Source: Eledone cirrhosa (taxonomy: Eukaryota). Taken from it: a stretch of DNA of 64,000 bases. Numbering within the stretch: position 1 is the first letter of the stretch; each line of letters begins with the position of its first letter. Below are positions 37,401 through 50,352 of this stretch, one piece after another. The stretch spans positions 381,300,001 through 381,364,000 of the forward strand of contig OZ024741.1 of assembly GCA_964016885.1 (NCBI GenBank). Reading direction: 5' to 3'. The notes below the pieces were generated by a model, which ran no database searches, was not told where the DNA came from, and was given only the letters and a program-made list of their open reading frames with translations. A program made the translations under genes and the position numbers.

Positions 37401-38252
37401 AGGAGGAAGAGCAGCCTTAAGGGAAACTCCCTTCATAGTACCTTCTTTGAGAAAACTGAATTTAGAGATCCACAGACATGGAACTGGTTGAGAAGAGGAG
37501 ACCTCAAAAAGGCTACAGAAGGAATGCTAATGGCTGCGCAGGAGCAGGCCCTCAAAACGAAGTGGTTGAAGCACCATATCTACAAGGAGGAGGCTAGCCC
37601 ACTGTGCAGGATCTGTGGAGAGAGAGAGGAGACTGTGGCTCACATTGTGTCCGAGTGTAAACACCTAGCCCAGACCCACTATAAGGGCTGGAGACACGAT
37701 GTGATGAGCAGGGTGATCCACTGGCACCTATGCAAAGTAAACAATTTACCACATTCTGAGAAATGGTATGAGCATAGGCCAGAGGCGGTGATGGAGAACA
37801 ATCAGGTGAAGGTGCTGTGGGATTTTAGGATACAGACGGACAAAAAACTGGAACACAATAGACCTGACCTGGAGGTTGTGGACAAAGAAAAAAGATCGTG
37901 TCTGATTGTGGATGTGGTATGCCCGTTCGACACGAGAGTGCAAGAGAAGGAGAGGGAGAAAATTAACCGATACCAGGACCTAAAGTGGGAGGTGAAAAGG
38001 ATTTGGAACTGCCATGAAGTCAAAGTGATCCCGATTGTCATAGGCGCACTGGGGACTATCTCCAAAAGTTTCCAGGGATGGTTAAAGAAAATTCGCCCCT
38101 TCACGCTTTTTGGAACGCTTCAAAAGGCATGCTTGCTTGGAACAGCAAGAACCCTCCGATACGTCCTGCATATCTGAGGCTGCAGGTAGTGGCTTGATAT
38201 TCAATCCAACGGACTTTCCAGTTAACCAACATCAATGACTGAGATTCAAGGA
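34446..38252 (+). mobile_element. Apparently full-length R4/Dong-clade non-LTR retrotransposon in (TAA)n (5' boundary uncertain)
   Basis: Single long ORF with RT and a C-terminal restriction-like endonuclease, short 3' UTR, (TAA)n on both sides. Confidence 0.92.
34785..38177 (+). CDS. Intact 1130-aa RT + CCHC zinc finger + RLE (PD..D/ExK-type) polyprotein
   Basis: N-terminal Myb-like RTNWTKELN. RT motifs [49 protein letters not shown] and LFMDD. Zinc finger CRIC..HIVSEC, then RHD and RPDLEVVD..DVVCPFD..KINRY. Confidence 0.95.
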   Translation: METRTSCDRLSPNRCPLAQQQEPDCQPNTADVGGRRRRKGARTNWTKELNRTVMQCYLKSNPKERGYRRRMHNIWNEIGLFKLDEQKLAGQARVIRTNGWISELELEELSRENGLEMAGVVCQTSEPVGNEGEEVLRTEEPPEADNDLNTEINNTWNRDTATEEMNADGLGQDSVDILNLVVDELNNDSGRPMNLRFVDRKKLKETTAKVNKVIPYLEARSLHQCNNILKATANTVRKLLRIKARGNNRQERAEPWWKKRLSGQIGEMRNDIGKLESLLNGTLKNIDTKNRLEIKYKTRRKKLNIIIEELKQRIVAKSAKIRRYENRVSQYKQNRMFDNNQKMLFGQLEGKERGNDLIPGAEQTKTFWRGIWEQDVRHNAQAGWIETVQREIGEQAQQQTDLSITVETLKGQAKKLTNWKSPGPDGVQGYWIKHLTSLHPKLTAMFNDCLVSGEVPEWLTKGTTVLIMKDRIKGNDVTNYRPITCLSVMWKLLTSIVSEEIYHHLHTNNLLPDEQKGCRKKSRGTKDQLLIDKMVMGNCRRRHTDLAMGWIDYRKAFDMVPHSWITKSLEIFRVADNIRQLLGRSMGSWETELTSTGVSLGSVKIKRGIFQGDSLSPLLFVLALMPLTIMLRKVRAGYKLGRGELTINHLLFMDDLKLFGKSEKELDVLVDTVRIFSSDICMQFGIGKCGVIVMKRDRLSRSDGIQIPTGEMIKEIDSEEGYKYLGVLEADGIKNKKMKELLRTEYIRRVRSVLKSHLNSRNAISAVNSRAVSIIRYSAGILRWNVAEQKEMDRKTRKLLTIYNMFHKRSDVDRLYLRRSEGGRGLISIEDCVQMEKNNLYKYVTYSKEPMLRTVLKEGTVGQGMSKEEITSRRKSSLKGNSLHSTFFEKTEFRDPQTWNWLRRGDLKKATEGMLMAAQEQALKTKWLKHHIYKEEASPLCRICGEREETVAHIVSECKHLAQTHYKGWRHDVMSRVIHWHLCKVNNLPHSEKWYEHRPEAVMENNQVKVLWDFRIQTDKKLEHNRPDLEVVDKEKRSCLIVDVVCPFDTRVQEKEREKINRYQDLKWEVKRIWNCHEVKVIPIVIGALGTISKSFQGWLKKIRPFTLFGTLQKACLLGTARTLRYVLHI

Positions 38253-38260
38253 ATAACAAC

Positions 38261-38306
<46 letters not shown>
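38253..38306. repeat. (TAA)n junction between two R4-like elements
   Basis: Direct reading. Confidence 0.97.
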
Positions 38307-38307
<1 letters not shown>

Positions 38308-41134
38308 ATTTTAACAAACTATAAAGTAGGTGAACATGTTAAACAAACTAAACTTAGAAAATTGAAAAAAAAGTACAGTATAAAATCAACATGTGACATA
38401 GACATGCTGATAGAAATAATCAAACAAAAAGTGTCGGCCAAAGCTGCTCGTATAAGGTGCTTTGAAAAACGATCTAGATTCTATAAGGACAATAATATGT
38501 TCAAAAACAACCAAAGAAACTTCTACAGAAAAATTGGTAAGTCAACAATAACTTCTAAATCAATACCACCCAAGGAGGAAGTGCAAGAATTCTGGGAAAA
38601 GATCTGGGCCGAAGAAAAAGTTCATAACATACATGCCCCATGGATAGACAGACATATGAAAGATACAACTCACCTTGAGGAACAAACATGGGAAAATATA
38701 ACAGTTGAACAGTTGCGCTTGGCTCTAAGAAAAACCAGCAAATAGAAATCCCCAGGAAAAGAAAAAATACAAAACTTTTGGATAAATGCCTTCACACAGT
38801 CTCATGAGCTGTTAGCCCAACTTTACAATGAAATAGTTAAGGAGCCAGAAAAGATACCATCATGGCTAGTTAACGGCATTACATTCCTGCTTCCGAAGAA
38901 TGATGAGACAAACAATCCCAAAAATTACAGACCGATAACTTGCTTGACCACAATGTATAAAATTTTAACATCAGTCCTAACTGAATACATATATGACCAC
39001 CTGATAACAAATGACCTTTTCCCCATTGAGCAGAAAGGGTGTAAACGAGGCTCATATGGCTGTAAGAATCAGCTTCTGGTTAACAAAATGATACTGGAAG
39101 ATTGTCACAATAGACACAAAAATCTATCGATTGCTTGGATAGATTATAAAAAAGCATTCGATAGTTTGCCACACAGTTGGATTTAAAAATGTTTAGAGAT
39201 TTTCAAAATATCCCGCGTTGTCAGGAGCTTTTTGTCATTCAGTATGAAGACATGGAAAACGACACTCCTTTTGAATAGTGAAACAAAATCACTGGAAGCT
39301 GGAGAAGTTAATATTAATTGTGGAATTTTTCAGGGTGACTCTTTATCACCGCTTTTATTCTGCATCGCACTTATACCATTAAGTAAAATGCTCAATGAAA
39401 CAAAACATGGATATAAAGTCTATGACAAAACCATTAATCACCTGTTCTACATGGATGACCTGAAACTATTTGCAAAAAATGATGAACAATTGCAAGGGCA
39501 CTGTGGAGCAGTTCAGTGATGACATTAAAATGGAGTTTGGACTAGATAAATGCGCCAAAGCAACGTTCACCAGAGGAAAGCTGCTGAAGAGTTCAGACAT
39601 TAATCTTGATCGGGGGAACGTGATAAGAGAACTTGATCAAGAAAAAACTTACAAATATCTAGGTGTTTGTGAAGGAGACGGAATCAAGCACTCGACAATG
39701 AGGGAAAGGATAAGGAAGGAATGTTACCGCAGAGTAAGAGCAATCTTAAGAACGGAATTGAATGCGAGGAATAGGATCGATGCCATAAACACGCTTGCCA
39801 TACCAGTAGTAACCTACAGTTACAATGTCATCAACTGGTCAAGCACAGAGATCCGTAGGCTCGATACAAAAATTCGAAAATTCTTAACCATGCACAGAAT
39901 GCATCACCCTAAGGCAGATATAGATAGAATATATCTCCCTAGGAAAGAAGGAAGACGTGGGTTAATCCAGTTAGACATTGCGTTGAAAACTGCAACAATT
40001 GGATTATCTACATATCTAAGGGAATCACATGATTGGATGATCAAACTCGTTTTGAAACACGAAAGCATCAAAAGATCATATTCCATTACAAAAGATGCAC
40101 AAAGATACAGTAATGGACTACAAATTTCAGAAGTCCCATTTACTGCTGAAATGGAAAACACAGAAAAAGCAAAGCAGGTAAAAGTAACTGCAAAGAAAGA
40201 ACTGCTACAGAAACTGGCCAAGAAATGGCAAGAAAAGCCTCTGTATGGAAAATACCCAGAGCGAGCTAACAATCCTGATGTTGACAAAACTTTAACCCAT
40301 CAGTGGTTGGCATCCTCTGGACTGAAATCGGAGACTGAAGGACTGATTATATCAGCATTAGATAAGTGTCTGCCAACAAAAAATTACCAAGCCAACATAA
40401 TAAAAAATGGATGCAGCCCATTATGCCGTGTATGCAAAAAACAACCGGAGACCATTGACCATATAATTTCAATGTGCAGTCCTATAGCTCCAACCGAATA
40501 CCTAAACAGGCATGACAGAGCTGCACAATACATACATTGGATAATGTGTAAGCATTTTGACCTGCCCCATCAAAAGAATTGGTGGGAGCATCAACCACCT
40601 CCCATACTTGAAAAAGATCACATCTCAATCTTGTGGAACTTTAGCATCCAAACAGATTGAAAAATAGATGCAAATAGACCTGATATAATATTGAAGGACT
40701 TTAAAATGAGGGTATGCCTGCTAATTGATATGTCCGTTCCAATAGACAAGAATGTATCTATAAAAACATTTGAAAAATTGAGCAAGTATAAGGACCTGGA
40801 GATAGAAATTGGAAAAATGTGGAAATTGAGAACTAAAACAATACCAGTGGTTGTAGGTGCTCTGGGAATGATACCTAAGGGGTCTAATGATTACTTATCG
40901 CAAATCCCAGGAAACCCGCGTATAGGAGAAATACAAAAGATAGTACTAATGGGAACTGCCCATATACTAAGGAAGATTCTGTCAATATAAGTACATCACA
41001 AGTCTAAACACTAAAGATGCATGTGTGAGTATGTATGTTCTTTCTTGAACATGGCGGACCTTGTTGTCTCTTGAGGTCACTGGTTGTGACTTGGTGATAA
41101 CTCGTATGAACATAAAGCAAGATAAATGCAACTG
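38307..41134 (+). pseudogene. 5'-truncated, decayed R4/Dong-like element (a different family from 34785)
   Basis: Fragments with [54 protein letters not shown] and IDMSVP..KLSKY. Several stops and a frameshift. Ends in (TAA)n. Confidence 0.92.
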
Positions 41135-41155
41135 TAATAATAATAATAATAATAC

Positions 41156-44100
41156 TGATTTCTTTATTGGTCACAGGGGCTGATATCAATAAAAACATTA
41201 CAGACGACACAGGACGGTATGATGTGGGTTTTGTGCGTGTAAAGATTTTTATTATTTATATAAAAAAAAAGACAGAAACATATATATAAACAATAAAAAT
41301 AAAAATTTAAACAATGAAAAATTCCCCAATAGGGGGGAAACCTCTGAGGGTTACTCGTGGCGAAAACCGCACACAGACCACGGCCACCCTGACCTCCAGG
41401 GAAAGTGCCCACTCTCAATTTTTCGATTTCTCAAAATAACAGATGTATTATTCAGAGCGGTCCCGTTCACTCGGACCATTCTCGCTACATTCACCTAACT
41501 TTCAACAAACTTGCTAGAAGGCAGCATTTGCTTCTCCACCCTGAATTTCCTCTTCAAGTTAAAATTGAAAAAGTTGATTAGGTATTCGCCGAAGAGGAAA
41601 GTATCTGTCTTTAACCCTTTCAACCTTGTCCGCCACACAATCTCTTTCTCCATGGCCACCAGGCAGATGAAACCCGACTGCCCTTCCTCCTCGAAGGAAG
41701 ACGCCGAGACCATCTGCACAATGGACTCAGTCGATAACTGGATCAGTCCTACACGCGACAGCAACTGTTCGACATAGCTCCACAAGTCAGCAATGCTCGG
41801 GCACTGAACGAATGCGTGCCGACGATTTCGTCGCTCTGCACGCATCTCGGACAGGCTCGGCTGACGGCACTTCCGCTTATCTTGAACCGGCAACACTCCA
41901 CGGTAGCACTGCCAAGCCAGGGATTTTTGGAAATTATCCATAGGCCCCGGGCTGAAAGTTCTCCGAAAGAGAGCAAACAGCTGATCTTCTTCGACGCCCA
42001 GGATCTCTCCGAGAACGTCGTCGCTCTTCCCCTCCACTAGTCCTCTATAGAACGCCGAGGTGGATGTTCCACCGATATTGGTGCCTAGCTAGCAGAAGGC
42101 AGTGAGCGCCTGGGGACATTCCAATTCCCAAGCGCTATCCCTCGGTCTTTTCCTGACCCAGGACTGCAGCTCTGTCAAGGAGACGAGCTGTGGGAAAACG
42201 TGCCTGGCGAACGGCGACCACACCGGTTCACCGTCAAGAAAGCACCAGAGATGTCGCAGCCTCAGCGCATGTTTGCTCATCATCAGTCAAGGCATGCCTA
42301 GTCCTCCACACAACGGGTATTAACAGCAGATGGATCGTCTGACCATGGGAGCGCGTCCCTTCCACAAAGAGTGGAAGAGGAGGCGCTCCATTTTGGTGAT
42401 GTTGGTCCGAGGCAAGGGACGACGGTGTGGCGGTAGCAGAAGGCGGATGCGATGTACGCTTTCGCCACTTCCACCCGGCCTTTCAGGGACAACTTCCTCT
42501 CGGCCCATTTCTGGGTGAGGGTGGTCACCTTGCTCGTCACCTCGTTCCAGTATTTCTCCATCTGGAGGTCCGGTCCGAACAAGACCCCGAGCAATTTAAC
42601 CGGTCCGTCCGTCCAACGCCCCCGACGCTGTCAGACGGCATGGACTTGCCTCTCTAGGTGCCGAGCTGCAAGCCCAGCGACTTTTCCTGGTTTATCTTGT
42701 CACCGCTTCGTATTCCTTGAGAGCGGTGCCGAGCATCTGGACGAGTCTGGTGCACGACAACACCACGGTGATCTCGTCGGCGTAAGCCGACTCGGATATC
42801 CCGCATCCTAGTTCGCGTGGGACGCCTCTCATCGTCCCCAGTTTGTGCAGTAACGGCTCGAGAGCCAATACGTATAAGAGGGAACAGAGGGGACAAACCT
42901 GGCGGACCGAGCGCATGATGCTGAACGGCTGCGACAGGTGACCGTTCACCCTCACAACTGAGCAGATGTCGCTGTACATCGCATCGATCCAACCTCTGAA
43001 GACGAGCCGAAACCGGCTGCCTCGAGGACCGCCGCCAGGTAACGATGGTCGACCCTATCGAATGCTTTGGATTGATTCAAGTTGACCAGGGCCCCACCAG
43101 TGCCAGGTTCGTTAACCACCCTCTCTATGATGTATCTCATGAGATGGAGGTTGTCGTGTACGCATCTCTGCGCCTCTCCCAGCATCCCTTGACGACAAGC
43201 GCCAACATCGTTGCTAACACCTTGGCCAAAATCTTGAACTCTGCGTTTAGCAGCGTTATGGGCCTGAAGTTATCGATAACATCTCCCTTTTTCGGGTCTT
43301 TTCTCAGCAGCGCCACCGTTCCCCGGCTCACAAAACTAGGAATACTCCCGTTCTGCTGCCAGTTGCAGTAGACGTCTGCCAAAATGTCACCTAACAAGTC
43401 TGGCATAAATGCATAAAGCTCGCAGGGCAGACCATCCAAAACTGGCGATTTGCCCCTCGTGCAGTTAGCCATCGCTTCCCGTATTTCACCGGCTGTTATT
43501 GGCTTTTCGCAACACTGTGCTGCGGTCGTCGAGAGCCGAGGCAGTCCATCGGCAGTCCATATGCACTGAAGTTCATACACCGATCCGGTCCTCCGCTGAT
43601 CCCGAACAGTTCAGCAAAGTACTGCTGAAAAGCTTCACACATCTGCTCGGGTTCAAGCAACACGTGCCCGTTTTGGTCGGACAAAGACCGAATTGTGGCT
43701 TTGTTGCCCGGTCGCGCCTCTGCCACCCGGGTCTATTGGACGGCTTTTGTCCCCTCGTGTTTCAGAGCACGCATTCTTGCTCTGAAAACGCAGCTTTCGT
43801 GTTTGCGCTGAAGAATTGGTCGAGTGAAAATCTCGTCGCAAGCACGTCGGTTGCGATGCCTGTCCTAAACGCCTCTTCTAGATTTCTGATTAGCTCTCCC
43901 TCTACTCTTTTTTCCTCTATCACTAGTCCTTTCCTTAACCTAATCGACTCTACTTTAATTGCCCTTTTCAGGGCGAACCACCACGTGTTGTTGACGAGGG
44001 CTCCCGTCAACGCCCGCTTAACTAATACACCAATCCGGTCTCTGTAGGCTTGGCGCGCCGGAAAAGACGCGTTCAGCTCCCAATAACCGGGCCCTTGTCT

Positions 44101-45878
44101 ATGGAGAATGTCTATATCGATCTCACAGATCACAAATTTGTGGTCTGTTTAGTCAACTATTTTAAATTGTGGTCAACTTATACTACTCTTATCTAGTTCT
44201 CTGCATGACCCGATGCGGTTTGTCCATGTCCACATTGGCACATTCGGGTGATCCAGTCGATACCTGTCAGACAGTTCAAAACGTGTGATCAGGTTGGTGA
44301 GGCTCTTGCACCCTTCTCCCCTATCCACTAGCCCCACACAATCCCAGCGTGCATCCAAGATACCGTTCCAGTCGCCCACTAACACTAAAGAGCGGGACGT
44401 TCCAAGAAAGGTCTCTAGACGTCTAAAGAAATCTGGCCGTCCTGTCCCTGTCGGGGCATAGACGGCTACTAGCCTGAAAGCGTTGCCTTCGGTGCTGCTT
44501 ACGTCCAGCACCACTGATTTACCTTCTGGGTCCAGGAAGATGACCCGTATCGCGAGATCCAAGTCTCTCCGAAAAAGGACGGCAACCCTTCCCCCCGATC
44601 CCGGATGACTCGGAGATGCGTACACCTCGTAACCGTCGAAGATCGGTGCGAAGGCTTGCGTTTTTGAGACTCACGTCTCGCTGATAGCCACCACTGTGTT
44701 TAGTGACCTGAGGTCGTTAAGTTTGTGACCCTGCTTCCAAACCGAGCTCAAGCCACGCACGTTTACACTTCCGATCCTGAATACGGCCATGTTGAGTGAG
44801 GAACGGGGCCGGTGTCAAAGGATCACTTACCTTGATCGTCTGACGAAGGGACTGTTGAATCGTCCCTTCGGCTGGTCGTCGGCTCTTCTGTGAGTATATC
44901 CGAGTATACCCTCCGGTTGAGTGTCCCTCCTAGGTCTCTGAAATCACCAACTGCGTTGGGGAATTTCATTTTAGTGTTTGTCTATTGTTTCTGTGATATT
45001 CTTACCAGTCTTATGTTCGTTGGTGTTTTGATTGGTGCTGGTATTATGTAGTCGTGCTGTCAAATGTCTGTGTTTAATTATGTAAGTCATTAGTTTCTTG
45101 TTTTGTGTATTTATTGCTGTGCATTTCTTTTTCTGGGGGTAGGGTGTGGTTCTGCTATTTTCTTGTCCTTGTTGCTGGGTGTGTGTGTTTTGATGTTGTG
45201 TTTGCGATGCTGGTGCTTGTGGTGGTGTTGTTGAATGTCTTGTTGTTGATAGCGGTGGAGTTGCCGCCGGTGGTGATGGTAGTGCTAGTGTGGGTGGTGA
45301 TGCTGTTGGTGGTGTTGCTGCTGTAAGTCTCTTTGCAGTAGCCTTTACCCTTTTTTCATTTCTTCCCTCCCTTTTCGAAGGCGACGATGCGATGCTTCTC
45401 CGTTTGTGCCTTCTTGCGACCTTTTGCCATCCCTCTCCCACCTCACACTCCATGTCCGATTCTGTGAGGTCGGGGAGGGGTACCAGCTCCACTCATTCAC
45501 TTATTCTTGTTGGTGATGGTTGCAGTGAAGTCTCTGTTGCAGCTGAAGTTGGTATTACTGTTGTTGTTATAAAATACTTCAATCTTTTCTCTGACGTAAT
45601 GACGATTGGGGAAGAAGACGGAAAGAGTGGGAGTGACTTGTGAAAATTCTTTTTTGTAGCCATGTTTTTTTTACGGTTTAAAATGAATATTGGGCACAAC
45701 CACCCAATAACTGGTTATTTAACCCTGAAGGGCCGAATAACGTACAGAAATACCCCTCTCATGAGGAAGAGGGTGTCTTTATCTACAATTTGGTTCAAGT
45801 TTTAAACAATTTACAATTGTTATAACGGTTAAAAATTACTATACCTTACAGAGCCGAGCCTCCGTCAACCATGGCATT
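41156..45878 (-). mobile_element. Tx1/L1-like LINE (copy 2), decayed, ORF1 apparently internally deleted
   Basis: ORF2 from ATG at 44790 (MAVFRIGSVNVRGL), VGDWN, GPGYWELN, FRPITLLNAEFKILAK, QSKAFDRV, AYAD. 3' end AATAAAGAAATC. (TAA)n on both sides. Confidence 0.9.
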
Positions 45879-45897
45879 CAATATTAATAATAATAAT

Positions 45898-46703
45898 GCT
45901 TTCCTTATTAACCACAAGGGTTTACACAAAGTAGACATTAAGGACAGTACAGGACAATACAGGACGGTACAAATGGGCATTTCTGCGTGTAAAAACAAAA
46001 AAACAGAGGATGTAACAAAAAAGAACAATGAAAAATTCCCCAACAGGAGGCAGACTTCCGAGGGCCATCGAGGAGAAAGCCTATTAATAAATAACCACGG
46101 TGACCCTGACCACCAGGGCAAGTGCCCTCTCCCAGTTTTCCACCTTCAATTTACAGGCTTATACTCAGAGTAGGTCCATTCACTCGGGCCATTCTTGCCT
46201 CTCTCACCCATCTTTCAGCAAAATGCTGGGAAGAGAGCACTTCCCTATCTACACTGATTTTTCTTTTCAAATGAAATTTGAAAAAGTTAATCAGGGCATC
46301 ACTGAAGAGGTAAGTGCTCACTTTCAGCCCTTTCAGACGCGTCCACCATACTATCTCTTTCGCCATGGCCACCAGACAGATAAAAACTGCCTGCCCTTCC
46401 CGGCTAAAGGAAGAGGGCGGGGCAATCCTCACGATGGACTCAGCTGATAGTCGGATCCGTTATACACGCAACAGCAGATGTTCGACATAAATCCACAGTC
46501 AGCAATGCTCGGACACTAGACGAGTGCAAGCAGGACGGTTTCGTCGCCCAGCGCGCATCTCCTACATGCTCGGCTGACGGCACTTCCTGCCTGTAGAGTT
46601 TGACCCTAACTGGTAAAGCTCCTCGGTAGCACTGCCAGGCCAGGGATTTCTGGAAATTGTCAATAGGCCCCGGCCCGAAAGTTCTTCCGAAGAGATTGGC
46701 AAG
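45898..46703 (-). mobile_element. Tx1-like LINE 3' fragment (copy 3, 5'-truncated)
   Basis: FGRTFGPGP..NFQKSLAWQCYRG and AVFICLVAMAKEIVWWTRLKGL, homologous to the ends of copies 1 and 2. Ends AATAAGGAAAGC then (ATT)n. Confidence 0.9.
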
Positions 46704-48215
46704 TTAACATTAATCTTAGCTAAAAAAAAGAAAGGTGTGCAGGACTGCGTCCAAAATATTTTTGGACGTTTGTAAAATAAATTGGAATACTTTGAATAAA
46801 TAACGAATGAATATTACATAATTTATATACTAAATTTCGTAACACTTGATTGAATATATTTTATTGCTTTAATAAAGATTGACTTGTTTTAAATTTTCAA
46901 ATGTCAACACTTCCTGTTAGATTATAACACTTATAAAAACATCGCATATATTTCCGTTGCTAATTTTCTCCTAATGCAGTTTATATATAATATCGTCTTT
47001 TTTAAATATATCGTGGATTACTTTACTGATTTCACAAGTGAGTGTAACATAGACTTCGTTCAATTTCTGTGCACATTGTCAATTACGATTTTATTTGATG
47101 TATCATATCTACATGCAAATATATTTGCGTATAATATCAATATTCACATCACACACGCTAGCAAAAAACCACCCTCGGGTGGTTTTTCTGTTAGTATGCT
47201 CGTATATTAATAATAACATTAATAAAGTTGTTGATGTTACGTAAATCGTTTATTCATTATTATTATTTCAACGTTTTTCCCATGCAATCAAGATGTAATT
47301 CAGGCATTTGTTGTTAGTATGAGAACGGTATCTTCAGAGGAAAATCGATTTGGTGATATGCCGCCGGCAGGAAAATAACGTCCTTCGTCTTGTGTGTCAA
47401 ACAGACATATGAGTTCCTAAAGGGTCTCTCAGCCGTCGTATTTACTGGAGTAATGTTCTATCCATGTGTCAATTAGCGAAATTAGCATTCACGCACACCC
47501 CACGGATTTAGGGTAGTAAATCAACAAAAGGTAACTCCTCAAGTGTTGTACGTTGATCTATGTTGGTCTATGCGTAGCTAGAATTAACTATTCTACCACT
47601 GTATAGTGTCCATGTTACTTGATGTGTACAATACTTGCATGAACAAGAGTTACTCAAAGAAATCATTGAATAGTTCTAAAAGCTACGTAACCGGACTAAT
47701 GTAACATTTCACCTGCGGGAGTTTAGTGTTAATGCAAAAGGGACATTTATTCGAGGGCTTTCTAGAGTCGAACTGGCACATCATATTGATAATAGGAGCA
47801 GTTTCAGACTCTGTTAGAATCGCGTAACCTTATAACGATGAGGGCAGCTAAAATCAGCCGTTAATAGGAATAACCCTTTTGACAGTAAATTCAAATAACA
47901 TAAACTTCATCGGAGCACTAAACTTTGTTAGTTATGTGTATAATAAAGAAAACGATGCAATATACTTAAACGTCAACATAATTTGAAATAGTATTAATTT
48001 TCTGATTAATGACACTTCCTGGGAGATTAGATAAATGTAGTTTAACGAAGCTAATCGAGTATAATCCATGTAGCTAGGGGCGGCTATTTTACGACTATTT
48101 TAAGAAAATCGCATATTTCAAATATGAGAGGTACATCATAATGATAATGGTAGTAGTATCAAACTGGCAGATCGCATAACCTTATAATGAGGCAGGCAGT
48201 GGAGATCATCCGTTG

Positions 48216-48216
<1 letters not shown>

Positions 48217-48267
<51 letters not shown>

Positions 48268-48397
48268 GCTCTCACACACACACACGCACGCACACCCACG
48301 CACACCCACGCACACACTCGCACACACACACACGCACACACACACAAACACACACATATATATATATATATATAGATATATATATATATGTATGTAT
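48217..48397. repeat. (CA)n/(TA)n/(TATG)n microsatellite
   Basis: Direct reading. Confidence 0.97.
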
Positions 48398-50352
48398 GTT
48401 TTCTCTTTCTCTTAATTTTGAGTATATTTTTTGACCGGCCACCTTCCTGGTGGCAAGGTTGTAAAAGAAAAGAAATTGTCATCCCTTGAATCGCAAGAAT
48501 GTTTTGCAAATTTTGAAGGTGCCAGCTATCGCAGCCATTTGTAGACTATGAATTAGGGAGCTGCGCTTTTTGTCCGCAAATCCAAGTTCAGTCATACTTT
48601 GGTCCAAGCGGGTTGGTATATAACCCGTAGCACCAATAATGATGGGTATGAAGCTAAAGGTGTATCTTGGATACTGGATTTGTAAACTCCTCATCAATGG
48701 TCCGTAGATGTCCTCCTTCTCCTGTATTTTTCTGACAACGTTTACATCAAGTGGGCAGCTGATCTCCACAACAGAACACGTTTTCAATGTGTGGTCCCAA
48801 ACTACAATATCAGGCCGGTTGTGCTTTAATTTGGTGGCAGTTTTTATTTTCAGGTTCCACCAGTATTCCTTAGTGCCATCTGTCTCAATATATTCTTCCT
48901 CGTTTGTTGTTGATTTTGTTTTCCGAAGTGCGTTCCAGATGGTTCTAGCTATCCCATCGTGTCTCATGGGGAGGTAGTAGCGAGATGACATTCTTTCGCA
49001 GCTGGCAACAATGTGGCTTACATCCTCGATCTTTGTTTTACATAGCCTACATTTATTGTCAGCTGCTGGCCCTCCTCTTTTGTGCAGCAGATATTTGGTA
49101 GGGAGTTCTTGTTCCTGTATTGCATAGAGATATCCCTCAAGGTGTGATGTCATAAACTTGTCGGAACTCCATGCCAGGCTTTTTGAGTGGTTTATCCCCT
49201 CTATGGTCTGTGTTTTACGCCTCAAATATCCATGCACAACTTTTTCTGTAAATTGGTCAATTTTTTTTTCTTGTTTGAACATTGAATAGGATCTTCCGAT
49301 TTCTCTGGGTGAGAAATTTATATCGGGCTTTATTCCATATCTCTCCTCCAGATCAGTCGCTATTCTAATGATATTTCTTTTTTCATGGTCATAAACCTGG
49401 GCAAGATGGTTGCCAACCTTTTTCCTCTGTTGAAGGTGTTGCTTCAGTGTCACTATCCGGGTCTCATATGTTGTTAATATTGATTTTAGACCCCGGCCAC
49501 CTTCCTTGCGTGAGAAGTATAGCCTATCCACATCACCATTGATGTTAAAGTTCCCAGTAACACTGAGAAGTTTTCGAGTTCTAACATCCATCTCACTTAG
49601 TTCTTGCAATGACCAGTTCAGTAGGCCAAATGTTGGCGTTAGAATTGGCACAGCATAAGTATTGTGGGCAATGTATTTGTTGTATGCTGACAGTTCTGAT
49701 GACCATATTTTCTTTACTCTTCTGAGGTATTCAGTTCTGGTTCTCTCCTTATTTATGGGTCCATCATATCTGACATTCTCATCCTGTCCAAGATATCTGT
49801 AGTTGTCACCTGACTGCAGAGGTTGTATTGTCAGGCCGTTCATCTCTAGATTTCTAGAGGAGGGCACAGCTCTTCCACGTTTTACTGCCAAATATGCACA
49901 CTTGGACTCACCAAATTTCATTTTGATGTCGGTTGAAAATTGTGTAATGAGGTCCAATTGTTTCTTGATGTCATTGATATTTGGCCCATACAACTTCAGG
50001 TCATCAACAAAGAAAAGATGGGAGATACTTCTGGTCCCACTTCTTTGTCGACCTTGTTTCCTGAGTAGGTAAGATAGTGGATTCAGTGAGAGAACGAAGA
50101 GTAGCACTGACAAGCTATCACCCTGAAAGATGCCCTTCTGGTAATGTATCTTATCAGTCTTAACCTGCTCCTTCTCACCTCTAAGGATCAAACTGGTGTA
50201 CCAGTTCTTGGTCAGGCGTTCAACAGCAGCTACCAATGGTTGTGGGACTTTAGCTAACTGTAAAGCCTTAACAATCCACCCATGAGGTACACTATCAAAT
50301 GCTTTTTGATAGTCCAGCCACACGACAGTCATGTTTCTGCGATTCTTTGTTG
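48398..50352 (-). mobile_element. 5'-truncated R4/Dong-like RLE LINE with an uninterrupted 3' reading frame (~620 aa), in (TA)/(TACA)n
   Basis: [66 protein letters not shown], stop at 48479. Confidence 0.92.

Noticed and set aside
34815-38104. Antisense ORFs over the LINE coding regions
   Set aside because: Shadow frames of purine-rich coding strands, with no domains.
47230-47830. Possible decayed DNA transposon or helicase remnant
   Set aside because: No diagnostic motif or termini could be read with confidence.
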